From Atribacterota bacterium (GTDB lineage Bacteria > Atribacterota > Phoenicimicrobiia > Phoenicimicrobiales > Phoenicimicrobiaceae), in assembly GCA_038203565.1 (NCBI GenBank), contig JBBRDV010000047.1, positions 1 to 10,646 of the forward strand: DNA of 10,646 nt, given 5' to 3'. This document shows positions 7,427 to 10,646 of the stretch, piece by piece. The notes beneath the pieces were generated by a model, which saw nothing but the letters and a program-made list of their open reading frames with translations, made no database searches and had not been told where the DNA came from. Position 1 is the first letter of the stretch; every line of letters starts with the position of its first letter. Made by a program: the position numbers and the translations under genes.

Positions 7427-7960
7427 ATGGAATACATGAAACCAGAAAAAATTATAGAATCATTTAAGGAAAAATTTAATGATTCGATTATAAATAGCAG
7501 GATAGAAATTAAAACAGCAGGATTAAAAAAGAATAGCTATAGTTTGATATGGTTAGAAATAGCACTAAAGGACTTTAAAGAAGCAGTAAAACTTTTATGC
7601 ACTATTCAGTTTCCTCATTTTGCCATTATTTCAGGTAGTGAAACGGGGGAAGAAATTAAATTAACCTATCATTTCTCTATTTATTATGGAGATAGAGCTA
7701 AAGAGATATCCTTTAATTTAACTGCTGCCTTACCAAAAAATAATCTTAAAATACCTACTATCACTGATCTAGTAACCGGGGCTCAAACCTCTGAAAGAGA
7801 GATAAAGGAGATGTTGGGAGTGACAGTAGAAGGTCTTCCGGATTTAGAGAATATTTTCTTACCCAATGATTTTCCAAAAGAGGTTTTTCCTTTAAGAAAA
7901 GATGAAACAGGAGCAGCAAAAATGGTTAAAAAAGAAGAGGAGGTGGAGAAAAATGAATAA
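7427..7960 (+). CDS. mbhK: MbhK (NuoC-like hydrogenase subunit)
   Basis: LTYHF, IPTITDL, EREIKEMLGVTVEGLP, FLPNDFP..FPLRKD motifs of the NuoC/30-kDa family. RBS AAGGAG at 7409-7414. Confidence 0.9.
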   Translation: MEYMKPEKIIESFKEKFNDSIINSRIEIKTAGLKKNSYSLIWLEIALKDFKEAVKLLCTIQFPHFAIISGSETGEEIKLTYHFSIYYGDRAKEISFNLTAALPKNNLKIPTITDLVTGAQTSEREIKEMLGVTVEGLPDLENIFLPNDFPKEVFPLRKDETGAAKMVKKEEEVEKNE

Positions 7961-9176
7961 AAAGACTTATTCTGTACCTATAGGTCCGGTTCATCCTTCT
8001 CTAAAAGAACCAATGACTTTTAATTTTGAAATATATGGAGAGCGTATAGAAAAGGTAAATTTATCCCCTGGAGATAATCATCGAGGGATAGAATTTATGG
8101 GAAGACAGAGGAACCCAATACAGATTATCTATTTAGCCGAAAGAATATGCGGCATCTGTTCTGCTTCTCACCCTTTTGCTTTTTGTCAGGCAGTGGAGAA
8201 TGCTGCTGGAATTGAAGTTCCTGAAAGAGGTCAATATATTCGAGTAATTATTGCCGAGTTAGAAAGAATCCATTCTCATATTTTATGGGCTGGGGTCGCC
8301 GCTCATGAATTGGGTTTTGATTCTGTTTTATATCTTTCCTGGAGGGCGAGAGAAGAAGTTTTAGATCTTTTAGAATATTTAACCGGGAATAGAATCAATT
8401 ATGGAATATTTATGATTGGGGGAGTAAGAAGAGATATTAGTAAAGAGCAGATACCTCGAATACGAAAGACTTTAGACTATTATAAGGATATCTACGGAAA
8501 AATAGAAGATATATTCTTAAATGATCCTACCATTGCTTTAAGAACAAAAAATGTCGGGGTTTTAACTAAGGAAGATGCCCTCCGCTTATGTGCAGTAGGC
8601 CCTACTACTAGAGCATCAGGGATAAAAAAGGATGTAAGACAGGATCAACCTTATTCTGCATATGCCGATTTAAACGTAAAAGCGATTACCCCAGATGTAT
8701 TAACCGGAGAAGTAAATGGTGATGTCTATGATCGGATAATTGTTAGATTATTAGAATTAGTACAATCGATACAGATTATCGAACAATGTTTAGAAAATAT
8801 GCCTTCAGGGGAAATTGTAGCTGAGAAGAAATTAGTTAAATTATTAAATCAACTAAAGAAAGCTAAAGGTGAAGGAATTGGAAGACATGAAGCCCCTCGT
8901 GGTGAAGTTATTCATTATGTAAAACTAAATGAATCGGAATTACCTGAGGTCTGGAAAGCTCGTGCCCCTACCTATAATAACTTAATGACTTGGGTTCCCA
9001 TGCTTATTGGTCAGCAAATAGCTGATATACCAATTGTAATAGCTTCTATCGACCCTTGTATAGCCTGTATGGATAGAGTAACTATTTTAAATAAGGCTAA
9101 CGGACAAAAGGATGTGTTAACTAAAAAAGATTTACATGAATTGAGCGTTCAAAAGACCAGGAGGATTGCTCTATGA
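7953..9176 (+). CDS. mbhL: [NiFe]-hydrogenase large catalytic subunit MbhL (group 4, NuoD-like)
   Basis: GPVHPSLKEP, HRGIE, L1 motif ERICGIC (C66, C69), EAPRGE, L2 motif DPCIACMDR (C369, C372) followed by a 32-aa extension. Start reassigned from 7902 to ATG 7953 after RBS GAGGAGGT. Confidence 0.95.
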   Translation: MNKKTYSVPIGPVHPSLKEPMTFNFEIYGERIEKVNLSPGDNHRGIEFMGRQRNPIQIIYLAERICGICSASHPFAFCQAVENAAGIEVPERGQYIRVIIAELERIHSHILWAGVAAHELGFDSVLYLSWRAREEVLDLLEYLTGNRINYGIFMIGGVRRDISKEQIPRIRKTLDYYKDIYGKIEDIFLNDPTIALRTKNVGVLTKEDALRLCAVGPTTRASGIKKDVRQDQPYSAYADLNVKAITPDVLTGEVNGDVYDRIIVRLLELVQSIQIIEQCLENMPSGEIVAEKKLVKLLNQLKKAKGEGIGRHEAPRGEVIHYVKLNESELPEVWKARAPTYNNLMTWVPMLIGQQIADIPIVIASIDPCIACMDRVTILNKANGQKDVLTKKDLHELSVQKTRRIAL

Positions 9177-10183
9177 CCACTATAAGCTTATTTGGAATAT
9201 TAGTGAAGATAATAGGAGCAATTGTAATTGCCTTTTTAGGTGTAGTAATAGGCTTGTTTTATAAGGGTATTGACCGGAAATTGGCAGCAAGGATGCAGGC
9301 TCGAGTTGGTCCGCCCATAAGGCAGCCTTTTATGGATTTCTTTAAATTAATGATTAAAGAAAATATTGTGCCACAAAACGCGGTTTCTTGGATATTTAAT
9401 GGAGCGCCAATTATGGCCCTGGTTTCTTCTATTACTATCTTACTTTATTTGCCTGTAGGGAATATTCCTCCCCTATTAAATGGATACGGAGATATTGTGC
9501 TGATTGTTTATCTGTTAACTCTGCCGGCTATCGGAATGGTGGTGGGCGGTTTTGCATCTGGTTCTCCTTATGCCAATGTGGGAGCACAAAGAGAGATGGT
9601 AATGATGATGAGCTATGAACTTCCTTTAGTAACGGTAGTAGTTGCTTTGGGCTGGAAATTAAGCCAGGTTTACCCTCAGTTCAATGTTTTTTCTTTGGCT
9701 GTGATCAATGCTCATCCTATTTGGGGATTAGTGGGCCCATTAGGTTTTATTGGAGCAGTTTTACTATTTATTACTCTTGCAGCGGTTACACCGGGCGAAC
9801 TCTCTAAAGTACCTTTTGATGCACCGGAAGCTGAAACAGAATTAGCCGGAGGAATATTAGTAGAATATTCAGGAAGAAACCTTGCTTTATTTGGTTTAAC
9901 TGATGCGGTAAAGACGATAGTAATGACTTCCTTAACTGTGGCTTTATTTTTCCCGTATAATATATCTCACTTACTTGCTTTAAGTGGTATATTTGCTCTA
10001 ATAGTGGATGTATTATTCTTTTTAGTAAAAATGTTTTTAGTTATGTTTGTCGAAGTAACTTTTATTAGAGTTGCGGTCGCACGTTTAAAAATAGACCAGG
10101 TTTCCTTTGCTTACTGGGTTCCAGTATCAATTATAGGTTTTCTCGGCTTGATATTAATTGTTTTGGATACTATTATAGTTTGA
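9173..10183 (+). CDS. mbhM: MbhM (NuoH-like membrane anchor)
   Basis: GIDRKLAARMQARVGPP, QPFMDFFKL, PFDAPEAETELAGG..VEYSG, ARLKIDQ. ATGA overlap with mbhL. Confidence 0.93.
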   Translation: MTTISLFGILVKIIGAIVIAFLGVVIGLFYKGIDRKLAARMQARVGPPIRQPFMDFFKLMIKENIVPQNAVSWIFNGAPIMALVSSITILLYLPVGNIPPLLNGYGDIVLIVYLLTLPAIGMVVGGFASGSPYANVGAQREMVMMMSYELPLVTVVVALGWKLSQVYPQFNVFSLAVINAHPIWGLVGPLGFIGAVLLFITLAAVTPGELSKVPFDAPEAETELAGGILVEYSGRNLALFGLTDAVKTIVMTSLTVALFFPYNISHLLALSGIFALIVDVLFFLVKMFLVMFVEVTFIRVAVARLKIDQVSFAYWVPVSIIGFLGLILIVLDTIIV

Positions 10184-10192
10184 GGTGATAAA

Positions 10193-10594
10193 ATGGCAAC
10201 ACCAATGGGATTTGAATTGTTGAAACAATTATTTAAAAAACCAGCTACTAATGTATTTCCGGTTACTTATTGCCCTGATTCCGTAATAAAACTATTAGAA
10301 AAAGTTGGAAGGGGAGAAGCAAAGATACATCCTCCCGTGGAAATACCTAAAAATTTTAGAGGGAAGATTGTTTACGATAGAGATAAATGCATAGGATGTA
10401 AATTGTGTATTAAAGTATGCCCTGCTGAGGCAATCGAGTTTATTCCTGATAAAAAGAAGATTAAAATCCATCTTGATCATTGTATTTTCTGCTCTCAATG
10501 TAATGATATCTGTCCGGTAGATTGTCTAAGTATGAGTGAAGAATTTCTTCTTGCGGATACAGATAGGACATCATCAAAATTAATTGTAGAATAG
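10193..10594 (+). CDS. mbhN: MbhN (NuoI-like 2x[4Fe-4S] ferredoxin-type subunit)
   Basis: KPATNVFP, FRGKI, CIGCKLCIKVCP and CIFCSQCNDICP. RBS GAGGTG upstream. Confidence 0.93.
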   Translation: MATPMGFELLKQLFKKPATNVFPVTYCPDSVIKLLEKVGRGEAKIHPPVEIPKNFRGKIVYDRDKCIGCKLCIKVCPAEAIEFIPDKKKIKIHLDHCIFCSQCNDICPVDCLSMSEEFLLADTDRTSSKLIVE

Positions 10595-10646
10595 TAAGGA
10601 TAAAAAAGGGGTCAGGTCTCAACAATTGACAAAAGACAATTTATGG

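Noticed and set aside
10295..10498. Minus-strand 67-aa ORF
   Set aside because: Antisense to mbhN.
1923..10646. hypA-mbh as a genomic island integrated at tRNA-Leu
   Set aside because: No integrase, no direct repeat of the tRNA 3' end seen in the window, and no obvious compositional shift by eye.

Overview
Low-GC bacterial chromosomal segment with all supported features on the + strand. It holds the 3' end of an Opp/Dpp-type ABC transporter operon (OppD, 5'-truncated, and OppF), a tRNA-Leu(GAG) followed by a perfect 16-bp hairpin, and a lone hypA. A strong sigma70-type promoter then precedes a complete, translationally coupled 14-gene operon in the mbhA-N order of the Pyrococcus/Thermococcus membrane-bound Mrp-linked [NiFe]-hydrogenase (group 4d-like). 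The large subunit keeps all four Ni-Fe cysteines (RICGIC, DPCIAC) plus a C-terminal extension, so this looks like a true H2-evolving Mbh rather than Mbx/Mbs or complex I. The system class is known, mainly from archaea, and I do not see a wholly new system here. The most unusual details are: an apparent Lys-to-Gln change at the central TM8 position of MbhH; a period-7 'CTA' tandem array in the only large gap of the operon; a tRNA-trailer hairpin whose 3' arm can alternatively pair with the hypA ribosome-binding site; and a GGGGTCAGGTCT...TTGACA motif at the right edge. A host such as Atribacterota (JS1) is plausible but is inference only.
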